From a virus (lineage: Duplodnaviria > Heunggongvirae > Uroviricota > Caudoviricetes): DNA of 64,000 nucleotides. A program made the translations under genes and the position numbers. Below the pieces are notes generated by a model, which did no database searches, was not told the origin of the DNA, and worked only from the letters and a program-made list of their open reading frames with translations. This document shows, one piece after another, positions 28,793 through 38,776 of this stretch. Within the stretch, counting starts at the first letter, position 1. Each line of letters begins with the position of its first letter. The stretch is from IMG/VR virus record IMGVR_UViG_3300029736_000004; one strand, written 5' to 3'.

Positions 28793-30741
28793 TAAAGAAA
28801 CCTATTCGAATAAATATCCAGTCCACTTTTGCAGATACGCTCACTGGATATACGCCTAATCGTTGGGTGGCGGAAGATATCACCGAGGATGATTTACTTA
28901 TCGAGCCTGCGACGCTGGAAGATATCGAGCTGGCCTATATGGGCAACGAAATTTTGGTAACTACCAATGAGGCAATGTTCGAAGCCATAACCACAACAAA
29001 ATTGCGGTTAGCGCAAACAATGCGAGCATTTGTCCGGGCGCTTAATCGCGGCCTGAATGGCACTGACATTGCTGCGGGTACGGATGAGGCAGGTGAATAT
29101 GAAGACGGACGTAATAGTATCGGTGGGGCAATCATTGGGCGCGTGCGCCGGGTTGCTAATATCCCTGTTGTAACAGCACAAATACCTCTAACCGATGGAC
29201 AAACGACAAGCATAATTTTCCATTCTCCAACCGCAGACGGCACAAGAATTAAAGGGGATGACGAGCTGGTTGCGTTTCAGTTTCTTCTTAACAAAAGAAA
29301 CGTTACGCATGTTGTTGCGCCAATCGGTGGGCGTGATGTATCTCTGAGCCAGGTGTGTCAGGCGCTTTCTAACCTCATTGAGCGTAACAGTGCAAAATTC
29401 AAAAAAGCAAAGGAGCGCCAGGACAAAATGAAGGCTGATATTGAGGGGTATCTCAATGAAGCCGACAAGCTGGCAGAAGAACGTTCTGTGCTGATTGAGC
29501 AGGTTGAAGACGCACAGCGGGGGCTGGCAGAGAAACGCTCAACACTCAATGATATGCAGAATAAATTAGACGCACAAAAAGCCCTTAACGCGGAATTGCA
29601 GGCTAAACGCGATAATTTATTGTCAGCTAAGAGCCAAGGAACTAAAGAGCGTGCCTTCAATGATCAACTGCGACACATAAAACATAATCTTGCTACAGAA
29701 GGCCAAACAACGCTGGATAATGGTGCTGTAGTTAAGTATGTCACGTCAGGCAGTGATAGCTTTGTCACGATTGAGGCACCAGAAGGCAATTTCAGTATTG
29801 ATGTCAGTGCTGTTAAAGGTGGGAGTTCAGCGGACGCTGCAACCAAATTACTTAAAGCCTATCGTGAACATAATGCTGATCAATACAAAGTGGATGTGTT
29901 GCCGGGCCAGCCTGAGCCAACTGATCAGCCGCAGCCTGAACAGGAGCCACAACCAGCATCACATCCTGATCCCCTGGAGGTTGGTAAATATCGCTATGCG
30001 CTCCAATCTCGCCCGGCGGGTGTTGGTGCGGTTCCTGAAGGAAATAAAGCTGTACTTGACCGTCCTGATCAGGCTGATCCGTATTACGAATATGCTCGTC
30101 ACGGAATCATTACGTATGACCGCAAACTGACAGACGAAGAAGTCAGTCAGTACGAGTTGCTATATCTCCCTGGTGACGATGAATTGAAAGAGATTGCAGG
30201 CGAATTGGTTGCGTCCAGTATGTCGAACCATATTGATGGCTATGTTGATCTGTTTAGAAGCGACTTGAAAACCTTTAAGGCGCAGATAAAAATCCTCTTC
30301 CGCAAAGCATTTCCTAACGTCGCTTATCCACTTGGAGATGGGGAGAACCTTTTTATAATGGATATCTATGACGCGCTTCAGAATCAATCAGAAGTAGTCG
30401 AAGCTGAACAGACATTAGATCAGGCACCGGAAGCAGTACAAGAACCAGAACCTGAGTCTGAACCTGAATCCCCCCAAGAGTCTGATACAGGTTCAGATGG
30501 GCCAGTAGTTAGTGAGGCTGATCAGGAGGCGGACAGTGCGCTGGAATATCTGAAATCCGTGCCGTTGCAGTTTACGTCCCGTGATTTGACGGTGATTAGA
30601 GCGGAGTTTGATCGCATTCAGGAGGCAGCTAATGTTCTTATCAACGCAGGTCGATATGATGAGAACGAGTCACTTGTTGGTGCGGCAGCCGATCACCTGA
30701 TCAACATTCTGGCAGAGATACAACAAGGGGGCGTGTGGTGA
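28789..30741 (+). CDS. DarA-like internal head / antirestriction protein (by size and position)
   Basis: 650 aa (P1 DarA is about 640 aa), acidic Pro/Glu-rich C-terminal region; GGAGGA SD. Confidence 0.35.
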   Translation: MIKKPIRINIQSTFADTLTGYTPNRWVAEDITEDDLLIEPATLEDIELAYMGNEILVTTNEAMFEAITTTKLRLAQTMRAFVRALNRGLNGTDIAAGTDEAGEYEDGRNSIGGAIIGRVRRVANIPVVTAQIPLTDGQTTSIIFHSPTADGTRIKGDDELVAFQFLLNKRNVTHVVAPIGGRDVSLSQVCQALSNLIERNSAKFKKAKERQDKMKADIEGYLNEADKLAEERSVLIEQVEDAQRGLAEKRSTLNDMQNKLDAQKALNAELQAKRDNLLSAKSQGTKERAFNDQLRHIKHNLATEGQTTLDNGAVVKYVTSGSDSFVTIEAPEGNFSIDVSAVKGGSSADAATKLLKAYREHNADQYKVDVLPGQPEPTDQPQPEQEPQPASHPDPLEVGKYRYALQSRPAGVGAVPEGNKAVLDRPDQADPYYEYARHGIITYDRKLTDEEVSQYELLYLPGDDELKEIAGELVASSMSNHIDGYVDLFRSDLKTFKAQIKILFRKAFPNVAYPLGDGENLFIMDIYDALQNQSEVVEAEQTLDQAPEAVQEPEPESEPESPQESDTGSDGPVVSEADQEADSALEYLKSVPLQFTSRDLTVIRAEFDRIQEAANVLINAGRYDENESLVGAAADHLINILAEIQQGGVW

Positions 30742-31106
30742 AAATATCAGTAACGGAGCGCCTTAGCTTAGGCAAAGAACTGTCTGAGCTGATGTCAGCG
30801 CAAAAAAGCGCGACTGCGGTACAACGTGTCACTATTGGCGTGCGGATAGTTGAAGTGATGATGAAGCTGGGGCTTGGTTCATCGAATAATCCAGCACAAC
30901 AGCAAGAAGAGGAAGTGCAACCGGCGGCACAAGAAACGCCTAAAATTGTTGCTGACTTCCTTAGTGGTGCATTTACTAAATCATCACAAATGGAGTTCAT
31001 CGATGCTTTGAGAGGCATATCTCAATATATTGGTGAATTTTTGACACTCGACCAGGCCAAAGAACAGACCGTAAACTGGGTTTCAGCTAACGGGTATGCA
31101 GCGTAA
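30735..31106 (+). CDS. hypothetical protein (DdrA position)
   Basis: 123-aa ORF overlapping upstream stop; terminator-like hairpin follows. Confidence 0.35.
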   Translation: MVKISVTERLSLGKELSELMSAQKSATAVQRVTIGVRIVEVMMKLGLGSSNNPAQQQEEEVQPAAQETPKIVADFLSGAFTKSSQMEFIDALRGISQYIGEFLTLDQAKEQTVNWVSANGYAA

Positions 31107-31112
31107 AAGAGA

Positions 31113-31136
31113 GGGGCAGAATGCCCCTTTCTTCTT
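31113..31136 (+). terminator. terminator-like hairpin
   Basis: GGGGCA-GAA-TGCCCC then TTTCTTCTT. Confidence 0.4.
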
Positions 31137-31197
31137 AAAATAGTCACCGAAATAACACACTTTTTACACTGCCTTTTTTACAGAAAGGTGGTTAATT

Positions 31198-32583
31198 GTG
31201 ACTCAAAACGTAACATCAGCACTTCTGGCCGCAGCGAACATTGAGGGGGTTATCGCTGTGGTGTCATCTCTTGAAAAGCAAGAGACGAAGTTGGGGCGTA
31301 GCAGCTATGTCGTCACCAGCAAAGGCGACGAAGTTAAAACAGCGTTCAAGGTTATTGATGCCAAAAAGCTCATCATTTCTAACAACCTGGACGGAAGTAT
31401 AAATCCGTCATTTCCGGAGGAACTCCAGCCTCGCGATCGCACCCGACTGTCAAGTAAGCTCCAGGTTAACCGTATCGCCGCCAATTTACGCCCGGCACAG
31501 CTCACTGATTCGGGTATGAGTAGTCATGGTTCCCCGATTGTTGGTCCGGATAATGTCGTTGAGTCTGGTAATGGTCGAAGCATGGGAATCTGGCGTGCTT
31601 ATGAACAAGGACAGGCTGAAGATTACCGACAATATCTTATCGATCACGCTAAAGAGTTTGGCCTTAATCCCGAAGACGTCAGGGCAATGGTGATGCCTGT
31701 ACTGGTTCGCGAGCGCCTCACTGACGTTGATCGTGCTCAATTTGCACGCGACTCAAACATCAGCGATCTGCAAGAGATGGCTGCAAGTGAGAAAGCGTAT
31801 GCGGATGCGCAATTTCTCACTGAGAGCGTCATGGCGCTATTTAATCCTTCAGATGATGGAAATCTACTGGCGCGGTCCAATGATGCGTTTATTCGTGCGT
31901 TTTTGCACGAAATAGGCGATACCGCGACGGCAGGTTTGCTTACAGCCGATGGACGTCCAACGAAACAGCTTATCGATCGCATTCAGAATGCGATTTTTGC
32001 CAAAGCCTATAAGGATGAGCGACTTGTTCGGCTTGTGGCGGAAGAACCGGATCCGGAAATGCGCAATATCCTGACCGCGCTTAATACAGCAGCCAGTGAC
32101 TTTGCGCAAATGCAGTCGATTTCTGGCGATGCACATCATGATGCTGTAACTGGTCTGGTTGATGGTATAGAGCAGGTGAACGGTCTGGATAAACAGGCTA
32201 TAGCAGCACTCCAGGACGCGATTAACCTTGTTCGTGAAGCCAAAGACAACGGTCAGGCAGTGGAAGAGGTGATAGCCCAGCGCGGACTCTTCGGTGATAG
32301 CACGCCGGAAGCCGAGGCGTTGGCGCTATTCATCGTGGCAAATAATCGAAGCGCGAAGCGCATGGGGGCTGCATTCAAAAAAATGGCACAAAAAATCAAC
32401 GACGAACTGATTCATAAACAGCAGGCGTTGGGCGATATGTTCGGCGGTGGAGATGTCGATCTACGTAGTATTTTGACCGCTGTTTCTAATGAGATTGAAC
32501 TGGAACATGGAGAGGGGAAAGGGCTTAACTTCACGATGTTCGAAGCCAAAACAGAACAAAGCGATTTTGGGCTGGAAACCTGA
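31198..32583 (+). CDS. hypothetical protein (DdrB position)
   Basis: 461 aa; GTG start with AAAGGTGG SD. Confidence 0.35.
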   Translation: MTQNVTSALLAAANIEGVIAVVSSLEKQETKLGRSSYVVTSKGDEVKTAFKVIDAKKLIISNNLDGSINPSFPEELQPRDRTRLSSKLQVNRIAANLRPAQLTDSGMSSHGSPIVGPDNVVESGNGRSMGIWRAYEQGQAEDYRQYLIDHAKEFGLNPEDVRAMVMPVLVRERLTDVDRAQFARDSNISDLQEMAASEKAYADAQFLTESVMALFNPSDDGNLLARSNDAFIRAFLHEIGDTATAGLLTADGRPTKQLIDRIQNAIFAKAYKDERLVRLVAEEPDPEMRNILTALNTAASDFAQMQSISGDAHHDAVTGLVDGIEQVNGLDKQAIAALQDAINLVREAKDNGQAVEEVIAQRGLFGDSTPEAEALALFIVANNRSAKRMGAAFKKMAQKINDELIHKQQALGDMFGGGDVDLRSILTAVSNEIELEHGEGKGLNFTMFEAKTEQSDFGLET

Positions 32584-32695
32584 CCTGGCGACCGGACACC
32601 CCGGATAACCTCCGGGGGATTCGGTATTTCTTCTTTGAATAGAGCGTTTTTAACAAATACCCCGTAAATCCTCGCCCAGCCAGGGCGGGGAGCAG

Positions 32696-33127
32696 TCACC
32701 GCATTGGTGTGACAGATACGGCGATATTTTTATTCAGTTGATGCAGTGCCAGCTCGACAGTTTCAACTTTCGATGAATGTTCGACGTCGAGAAGCCGATC
32801 AATCTGTGTTCCATTTTTTCCGAGTTTGCGCGCCAACTCTGCTTTGCGTGTGCCGGTTTCTATCATCGCGTTGTGGAGTGCAGCCTTCATTGCTGGTAGC
32901 ACTGGCAAAGAGACAACGTACTCACCTTCTTTTGGCTCGCTACCAGTGGGAACAGGTCGGCGTTCTTCAATCTCAATCGCAACCGCTGCGACCAATCCAT
33001 AACCAGCCTCAAGCAACGCTTCTTCAACTGAGTCACCCACGGAATTAAACAATGGTAGGTCGCGGCATGATACGACATACGCGCCGGTTTTGTCGTCGCG
33101 CTCCAGTTTTACCGGATAGTTAAACAT
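32696..33127 (-). CDS. hicB: HicB antitoxin
   Basis: 143 aa immediately downstream of the HicA-like gene; C-terminal HTH-like segment (TRKAELARKLGKNGTQIDRLL). Confidence 0.7.
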   Translation of the reverse strand: MFNYPVKLERDDKTGAYVVSCRDLPLFNSVGDSVEEALLEAGYGLVAAVAIEIEERRPVPTGSEPKEGEYVVSLPVLPAMKAALHNAMIETGTRKAELARKLGKNGTQIDRLLDVEHSSKVETVELALHQLNKNIAVSVTPMR

Positions 33128-33157
33128 AGAGAAGCTCCTAGTGAAAAAGGCTGGGGC

Positions 33158-33340
33158 TTAAAGCCCCAGGTCCTTCATTATTTTCTTGCGTAGCGGTTCA
33201 GGCATTTCCTTTGAACCGTGGTCCGGGAAAACCGACCGCTTTCCGTTCAGGTTCACTTTCTGATGACTGCCGCCACCAGGCGCTTTCCTGAACTCTGCCC
33301 CTTGCTGGATTAACCAGCGTTTGAACTCTGAATACTTCAC
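33158..33340 (-). CDS. hicA: HicA mRNA-interferase toxin
   Basis: 60 aa; MKYSEFKRWL...GGSHQKV...RSVFPDHG...PLRKKIMKDLGL matches the HicA pattern. Confidence 0.8.
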   Translation of the reverse strand: MKYSEFKRWLIQQGAEFRKAPGGGSHQKVNLNGKRSVFPDHGSKEMPEPLRKKIMKDLGL

Positions 33341-33572
33341 AAGTTTCCTTATGCAATTTATCCATCATGGGCGATAAGAATAGTAACACAAAAGATATAA
33401 AACACAACAAAAATGTTTATAAACATAACTTCCTTGTTTGGTGGTTGCGTTTTTGGAAAAGCATTTCCGCATATGAAAAAACATCAGCATATGGTGAAAA
33501 CAACGAAAAATTACTGATGAAATCACACACTGGATAAGCTGCCACGAAATCGGAAACCTTTTGCGGTGAATC

Positions 33573-35258
33573 ATGGCAACGAAAGACAAAAACAAGGGCT
33601 TTCTGTCGGCATTGAAGAAAGCCTTCAGCGGTGGTGATGTTACGCCTGCCGATCCGGTCGTATTTGCGAGCGGGCATAGCGTCGTTGCTCGTTCTGGCCT
33701 GTCCGCCTTGCGTCCTGGCATCCTGGGGAGCAATAGCGATGGCATGACAAGCGCGGCGGATACTGTATCTATATCGGCAGAATTACCGAGTGACCGCCTG
33801 CAAAAATACAACATACTGGAGACGATGGCGAAAAGTCCGACTATCTCCACAGCATTAAACATTCACATTGCGCATTCTCTGGCTCCATCAAAAAAAACAG
33901 GCCTCGCATTTATTCTCTCTCCGAAAAATGGGGCGGATAAGGAGGCTGTAAGTCGATGTGAGGAATTGACCGCTGATTTAAGCTCAATGATTAATGATGG
34001 CCTGCCATCGTGGGCCATGATCATGGCTATTTTCGGTGTGTCGTATATCCGTCCATATGCAGAGCAAGGGAAGGGGATAACTGGAATTGAGTCGAGCTAT
34101 TACACGCTCCCTCATTTCGTTCAGGAGTTTTATCGCGGTAGCCAACTTGTCGGATTCAGCGGTGATTATATTCTGGATACGCATACTTTGCGCAGAGTTA
34201 TAACCGAACCGTGGAATCTGGTTTCCATGAAAAACCCGTACTGGATGCCTCAGCATAAAGTAATGCCAGTAACTTACGGCACTAACGGCTATTCCTTGCT
34301 TAGTGAACAGCAGGACAAGCCGTTAATGGAGACGCAGAACTACGGTACGTCGTTTCTTGAATACAGTTATGAACCCTACCTGAATTTATGTGCCGCGCTT
34401 GCTGCGCTGAAAGCAACGCGAAACAACGCTGCAAAAATTGATCGCCTGATTGCACTCACAACGAACACGATAGATCCGGTAAACGCGGCGAATTATACGC
34501 GCGGGGTCAGCCAGGCACTGAAGCGTCATAGCGACCTCGTAGCGCAACGGTCGATTAATTCTAATGCTCTCCCATCTGTACTTAACCATCTGATACCCGT
34601 CATGGGGGATGGGAAGAACGGGATCACCATTGATACGCAATCTATACCCGCAGATATCAGTGGTATCGAAGACGTTATGTTTCATCTCCGACAGCTCGCG
34701 GCAAGCCTCGGTATTGACGCAACAATGCTTGGCTGGGCTGATCAGATGAGTGGTGGACTTGGAGAAGGCGGTTGGCAGCAAACAGCTATCCAGGCCGCCT
34801 TACGCGCGAACTGGATCAGACAGGCCGCCCAGCGGACTATTTATCGGCTTCATGACATTCACCTCGCTTATAAATACGGGAAGGTTTACACCGAAAAAAA
34901 CCGTCCTTATGACGTGCAATTCAACTCAATGAACACAGCTATCCAGGAAGAGGAAAACCGAGAGCTGGATGCGCGCGCCAACTTCGTAGCTGTCATCTCG
35001 CAAATAATGGACCAGATCCAGAACAACCCGAAACTGGCGGGTAGCGACGCGTTTATGCGTTATCTGTTCACCGAACAGCTTCGTATCGACGATGACACTC
35101 TCAACGTAATGATCAAAGAGTTTAAGGCGAATGAATCAGAGCAAAACAACGAGCATGGTATGTACGAATCCGCGCCGTTGTCGTCCGGTGACGATCCGGA
35201 AAACTGGACGCAAGAACAATTAATCAACTTTGCAAAATTTGTGATGAGCAATAATTAA
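33573..35258 (+). CDS. portal protein (putative)
   Basis: 561 aa immediately upstream of the prohead protease/scaffold gene. Confidence 0.5.
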   Translation: MATKDKNKGFLSALKKAFSGGDVTPADPVVFASGHSVVARSGLSALRPGILGSNSDGMTSAADTVSISAELPSDRLQKYNILETMAKSPTISTALNIHIAHSLAPSKKTGLAFILSPKNGADKEAVSRCEELTADLSSMINDGLPSWAMIMAIFGVSYIRPYAEQGKGITGIESSYYTLPHFVQEFYRGSQLVGFSGDYILDTHTLRRVITEPWNLVSMKNPYWMPQHKVMPVTYGTNGYSLLSEQQDKPLMETQNYGTSFLEYSYEPYLNLCAALAALKATRNNAAKIDRLIALTTNTIDPVNAANYTRGVSQALKRHSDLVAQRSINSNALPSVLNHLIPVMGDGKNGITIDTQSIPADISGIEDVMFHLRQLAASLGIDATMLGWADQMSGGLGEGGWQQTAIQAALRANWIRQAAQRTIYRLHDIHLAYKYGKVYTEKNRPYDVQFNSMNTAIQEEENRELDARANFVAVISQIMDQIQNNPKLAGSDAFMRYLFTEQLRIDDDTLNVMIKEFKANESEQNNEHGMYESAPLSSGDDPENWTQEQLINFAKFVMSNN

Positions 35259-35271
35259 CCGGAGGGAAATA

Positions 35272-36270
35272 ATGCAATCACTGAATACCGTTACGGATCG
35301 CTTCTCCCTGGTAGAGAAAATCCGCAAACACACACCTCAGAACAATCGCAATTACGTTATCCAGTCGGTACGAGACACATTCAACTCGCCAGAAACAAAA
35401 GAGCGTATCGCACTGGGTGAGATGTATGGTTATTACGGTCATGGTCGCCGGGCGATGCACTATAACAAAACGAAAAGCCTGGACTTGCCGGAAGTCTCTG
35501 TTGTGATGGTAGATGGGAAGCCTGTTGTATTGGAGAACGTGCCGTCAAACAGGACTATCGACATTTCAATTGACGACAACGGCATTGTTACCCATACACA
35601 GGAAATACTGGATACGGACACCGGACGTATTGTTCAGGGTATGATTAATTCTGGCGCAGGTGGTTGGTCATGGGCTACATCTGGTCCAGATTACTCTGTA
35701 TCCCTGGTAAAGTCTTTTCACGGTTTTGATTACGTAACTGTGCCTAACTATATCAGCCTCGACAAGAAAAGCCTGATGCTTGAATCAGCAGAAGAACGCG
35801 ACGCGGCGATTCATGCGGCACTTATCGAACAAGGTTTTACCGATAATGCTGCTACGGATCTGGTTCACCACTTTTCAGCAATGAAGAGTCAGCAAGCCAT
35901 ATTCGAATCAGCACAACGTGAAGTTCTGGAGTCGGAACTGATACATCTTGAAGTGGAAAATATGCAGCTTCGCGACAAACTACGCGACCAGGCCGCGATG
36001 ATGGAAAGCCAGGGGGAGAACGCGAAGAAATGCCGCCGTATTTTGCGTGATGCTATCCAGGAAATGCCTGTTTTTATCAGCGCAGAACAGCGCCGGGCGC
36101 TCTGCCGTATGCAGTCAGAGGATGATGCACGCATTGTCGCAGCGATGCTTGAATCCCTGGGGGCTAATGCCACTTATGGTCTGCCAATATCAGCCAATAA
36201 ACAACAAGAAATACCGGTGAAAGAGAACAAGACGGTGACTCCGCTGATCTTTGTGTCTAAGAGGATGTGA
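35272..36270 (+). CDS. prohead protease / scaffold (putative)
   Basis: 332 aa; N-terminal domain followed by C-terminal coiled coil; GGAGGG SD. Confidence 0.45.
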   Translation: MQSLNTVTDRFSLVEKIRKHTPQNNRNYVIQSVRDTFNSPETKERIALGEMYGYYGHGRRAMHYNKTKSLDLPEVSVVMVDGKPVVLENVPSNRTIDISIDDNGIVTHTQEILDTDTGRIVQGMINSGAGGWSWATSGPDYSVSLVKSFHGFDYVTVPNYISLDKKSLMLESAEERDAAIHAALIEQGFTDNAATDLVHHFSAMKSQQAIFESAQREVLESELIHLEVENMQLRDKLRDQAAMMESQGENAKKCRRILRDAIQEMPVFISAEQRRALCRMQSEDDARIVAAMLESLGANATYGLPISANKQQEIPVKENKTVTPLIFVSKRM

Positions 36271-36283
36271 GCTAAAAGATAGC

Positions 36284-36297
36284 TTAATTTTCTAACA
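36284..36297. promoter_or_regulatory. operator-like site (TTAATTTTCTAACA)
   Basis: Reverse-orientation perfect copy of the TGTTAGAAAATTAA 14-mer. Confidence 0.45.
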
Positions 36298-36385
36298 CAG
36301 TGTGTTTTTATACACTGTTGATCCGACGGCGCGTGATCGAGTAGGATCGCGGTCACTGCTCCGGTAGCGACTGCCAAAAAAGCAA

Positions 36386-36409
36386 AAGCCGCTGAGAAGC
36401 GGCTTTTGG
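36386..36409 (+). terminator. rho-independent terminator
   Basis: AAGCCGCT-GAGA-AGCGGCTT followed by TTGGG. Confidence 0.4.
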
Positions 36410-36468
36410 GTGTATAAATCTCCGGACATAGATTTATACGGTAGATAGATTTTTCACGGTACTATCTG

Positions 36469-37428
36469 GTGAGTATTTTAAATTCAGTTTCAGTAACTTT
36501 CAACACTTCTGAGTATAAAAACAACACTGAATACCACAAAAAAATCAAAGGTCATCAGTTGAGTTTTTTTGCTCGTCATAGCGGTTTTCTTTCCCCTTCA
36601 CATAGCGCCATTATTGCCGAGTTCGCCAACCTGGCAGGAGCTACCGATGAATACATGATCCGTCGCTCATATGCTGATATGTCCGAGATTACAGGACGCA
36701 GTATTTCTACTGTGCGCCGGGCATTTACCGAAGCGACGAAGTGCGGAATGCTTGTTAAGCAGCATCAGGTAGCGAATAACAATGCTCAGGTGTGTAACGT
36801 GTACCGGTTTACAACACAATTTCTCCACTTCATTCATGTAGCAATGGAGATAGGGAGTAAGCAGGGCATCAAATTTGCCAACGCCACAAAACTGGTTAAG
36901 CAGTTGATTTCAAAGGTTCGTTATTTTTTTGAAACTGGGAACCCCCTGTTCAAATTGAACAAGTCCCCCCATGTTCAAAATGAACAGCCAATAGAAAATA
37001 AGAGTCACTCTATAGCCAAAAGAAGAGAAAGATCATGCGCGGTTCAGCCAAAGGCTTCACCAGCAGATAGTTCTCAAGCGGATAATGGCTTGCTGGATAA
37101 AAAAACAGTAATCAGGGAAGAACATACCAACCACTGCCTGGCGGCAGCAAAAGCGAGAGCTGCAAAGCGTCGTTCAGACGAGGGGTACGCAAAACGGCAG
37201 GCTCTGTATCGTACCGCTGAAAAACTGGCAAAAAAATTTGCATGGTTACGTAGTGCTACCACAGTGAATAAGCCCAAACGATCCAGCGCCCTGGATTTCT
37301 CTATGGATTATTCTGCTTCCCAGGGATGTGCAACCATCAATGAAGCATTTGACCTGATGAAACAGCGTGGCTATCGGTCTGAATTTGACCGGGAAGACTG
37401 GTCAATTCCGGAGGGCTTTCGGGGATGA
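36469..37428 (+). CDS. HTH DNA-binding protein, possible RepL-like replication initiator
   Basis: 319 aa; HTH-like ISTVRRAFTEATKCGMLVK; preceded by operator-like site and palindromes. Confidence 0.3.
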   Translation: MSILNSVSVTFNTSEYKNNTEYHKKIKGHQLSFFARHSGFLSPSHSAIIAEFANLAGATDEYMIRRSYADMSEITGRSISTVRRAFTEATKCGMLVKQHQVANNNAQVCNVYRFTTQFLHFIHVAMEIGSKQGIKFANATKLVKQLISKVRYFFETGNPLFKLNKSPHVQNEQPIENKSHSIAKRRERSCAVQPKASPADSSQADNGLLDKKTVIREEHTNHCLAAAKARAAKRRSDEGYAKRQALYRTAEKLAKKFAWLRSATTVNKPKRSSALDFSMDYSASQGCATINEAFDLMKQRGYRSEFDREDWSIPEGFRG

Positions 37429-37485
37429 TGTTGCGATTGACTGTACAATAACCGTGCGGCGGGAATTTCATCGCTCGAAAATGTA

Positions 37486-37514
37486 TGTTAGAAAATTAAA
37501 TTGATGTTTCTAAT
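37486..37514. promoter_or_regulatory. operator-like inverted pair
   Basis: TGTTAGAAAATTAAATTGATGTTTCTAAT; additional half-site CTTTCTAATGTT at 37574-37585. Confidence 0.45.
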
Positions 37515-37599
37515 CAAGAATGTATGATTTATATCGTCACTAAAAAACAGCATCTGATAAAAATTCTGTTGATCTTTCTAATGTTCAGGCTTATATTCA

Positions 37600-37830
37600 T
37601 GCCGTCGTAGCAAATTCTGCGACCGGGTTTAGCAGCCTGAATGTTAGTGCGGACAACCGCAGATATCCGATATTGCGGTATTTTTGTGTCCGTAAAACCG
37701 CGTTACGCCCAAATTATGGTGGGGCGTGATGGGGAGGCTTCGGCCTGCTGGTTTCACTAACGCCAGTCTGCTAACCCCGTCACGTCCTGCCACCTGTTTA
37801 GCAGCGGGTAGCAGGTTGTTAAACCTGTTA
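37600..37830 (+). ncRNA. candidate c4-like antisense RNA / structured leader
   Basis: TTTAGCAGC at 37628 and 37798 is complementary to CTGCTAA at 37768; GAGGCTTCGGCCTGC tetraloop hairpin; lies upstream of icd-like and Rha-family genes. Confidence 0.3.
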
Positions 37831-37844
37831 GTGAGGCCGTAACT

Positions 37845-38069
37845 ATGGTTAATGCCAATCCTTGCTCACGTCCAGAATTCATCTGGCGTTTTCACTCCCT
37901 GCAAAAACACTGCGATCACTTCGCAATTGCCGCAACTGAAAAAGAAGCCCGTTCTCTGATCCCGGATCAGTATGGCGTTCTCACTGGTCGTTTCTCTACT
38001 TCCCCACAACCAAACACCAATCCCTGGTATCGCAATATTACCAATCCCGGCATTGTGGAGGCTCACTGA
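37845..38069 (+). CDS. small protein translationally coupled to antirepressor (icd-like position)
   Basis: 74 aa; stop overlaps the start of the Rha-family gene (TGATG). Confidence 0.35.
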   Translation: MVNANPCSRPEFIWRFHSLQKHCDHFAIAATEKEARSLIPDQYGVLTGRFSTSPQPNTNPWYRNITNPGIVEAH

Positions 38070-38776
38070 TGGATATCTGCATTCTCGAAAAGCCATCAAT
38101 GACAAGCATTGAGATCGCGGAGCTGGTGGGAAAACGTCATGACAATGTGAAACGCACTATTGAGACATTAGCCAAAGGTGGCGTTATTGTTCGTCCTCAA
38201 ATTGAGGTTTTCGAAAAAATCAATAACTTAGGACTACGACGTAGTGTTGAGGCTTACGTCTTCGAAGGCGAGCAAGGCAAGCGCGATAGCATTATCGTCG
38301 TCGCGCAGCTCTCTCCCGAATTCACCGCCCGGCTGGTGGACCGCTGGCGCGAACTGGAAGAACAAGTACGCCAGCCGTTGACCGAAATAGAGATGATCGC
38401 TGCAATGGCTGCAAATGCAGTTCAGCAGCAAAAGCGGCTTCATGTTGTTGAGTCAAAGGTTAGCCAGGTTGCTGAAACCGTCGAGCAGATCAAGAAAGGC
38501 AATATTCCGGAAGGCTACATTGGCTATCGCCAGTTGGCGGCAAAATGCGGCCTGACTGAAGCCAAATGCCGCAACCTGGTCAACGCTTACCGGATACCCA
38601 CTGATACGCATGAGTTTTTGACGCCAGAGGGGGTATTGTCGCGTCGTACTATTGTGGCCTTATCTCCCTTCATGAATGCCTTTACCCTGATGATGTCGGA
38701 GGCTGAACACCGAGGAAAACGCTGGTATCACCCAAGGATGGGACAATTCCAGGTGATCGGTTGGGGAGGCGAGTGA
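38069..38776 (+). CDS. Rha-family phage regulatory protein / antirepressor-like
   Basis: N-terminus MTSIEIAELVGKRHDNVKRTIETL matches the Rha-domain signature. Confidence 0.6.
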   Translation: MDICILEKPSMTSIEIAELVGKRHDNVKRTIETLAKGGVIVRPQIEVFEKINNLGLRRSVEAYVFEGEQGKRDSIIVVAQLSPEFTARLVDRWRELEEQVRQPLTEIEMIAAMAANAVQQQKRLHVVESKVSQVAETVEQIKKGNIPEGYIGYRQLAAKCGLTEAKCRNLVNAYRIPTDTHEFLTPEGVLSRRTIVALSPFMNAFTLMMSEAEHRGKRWYHPRMGQFQVIGWGGE

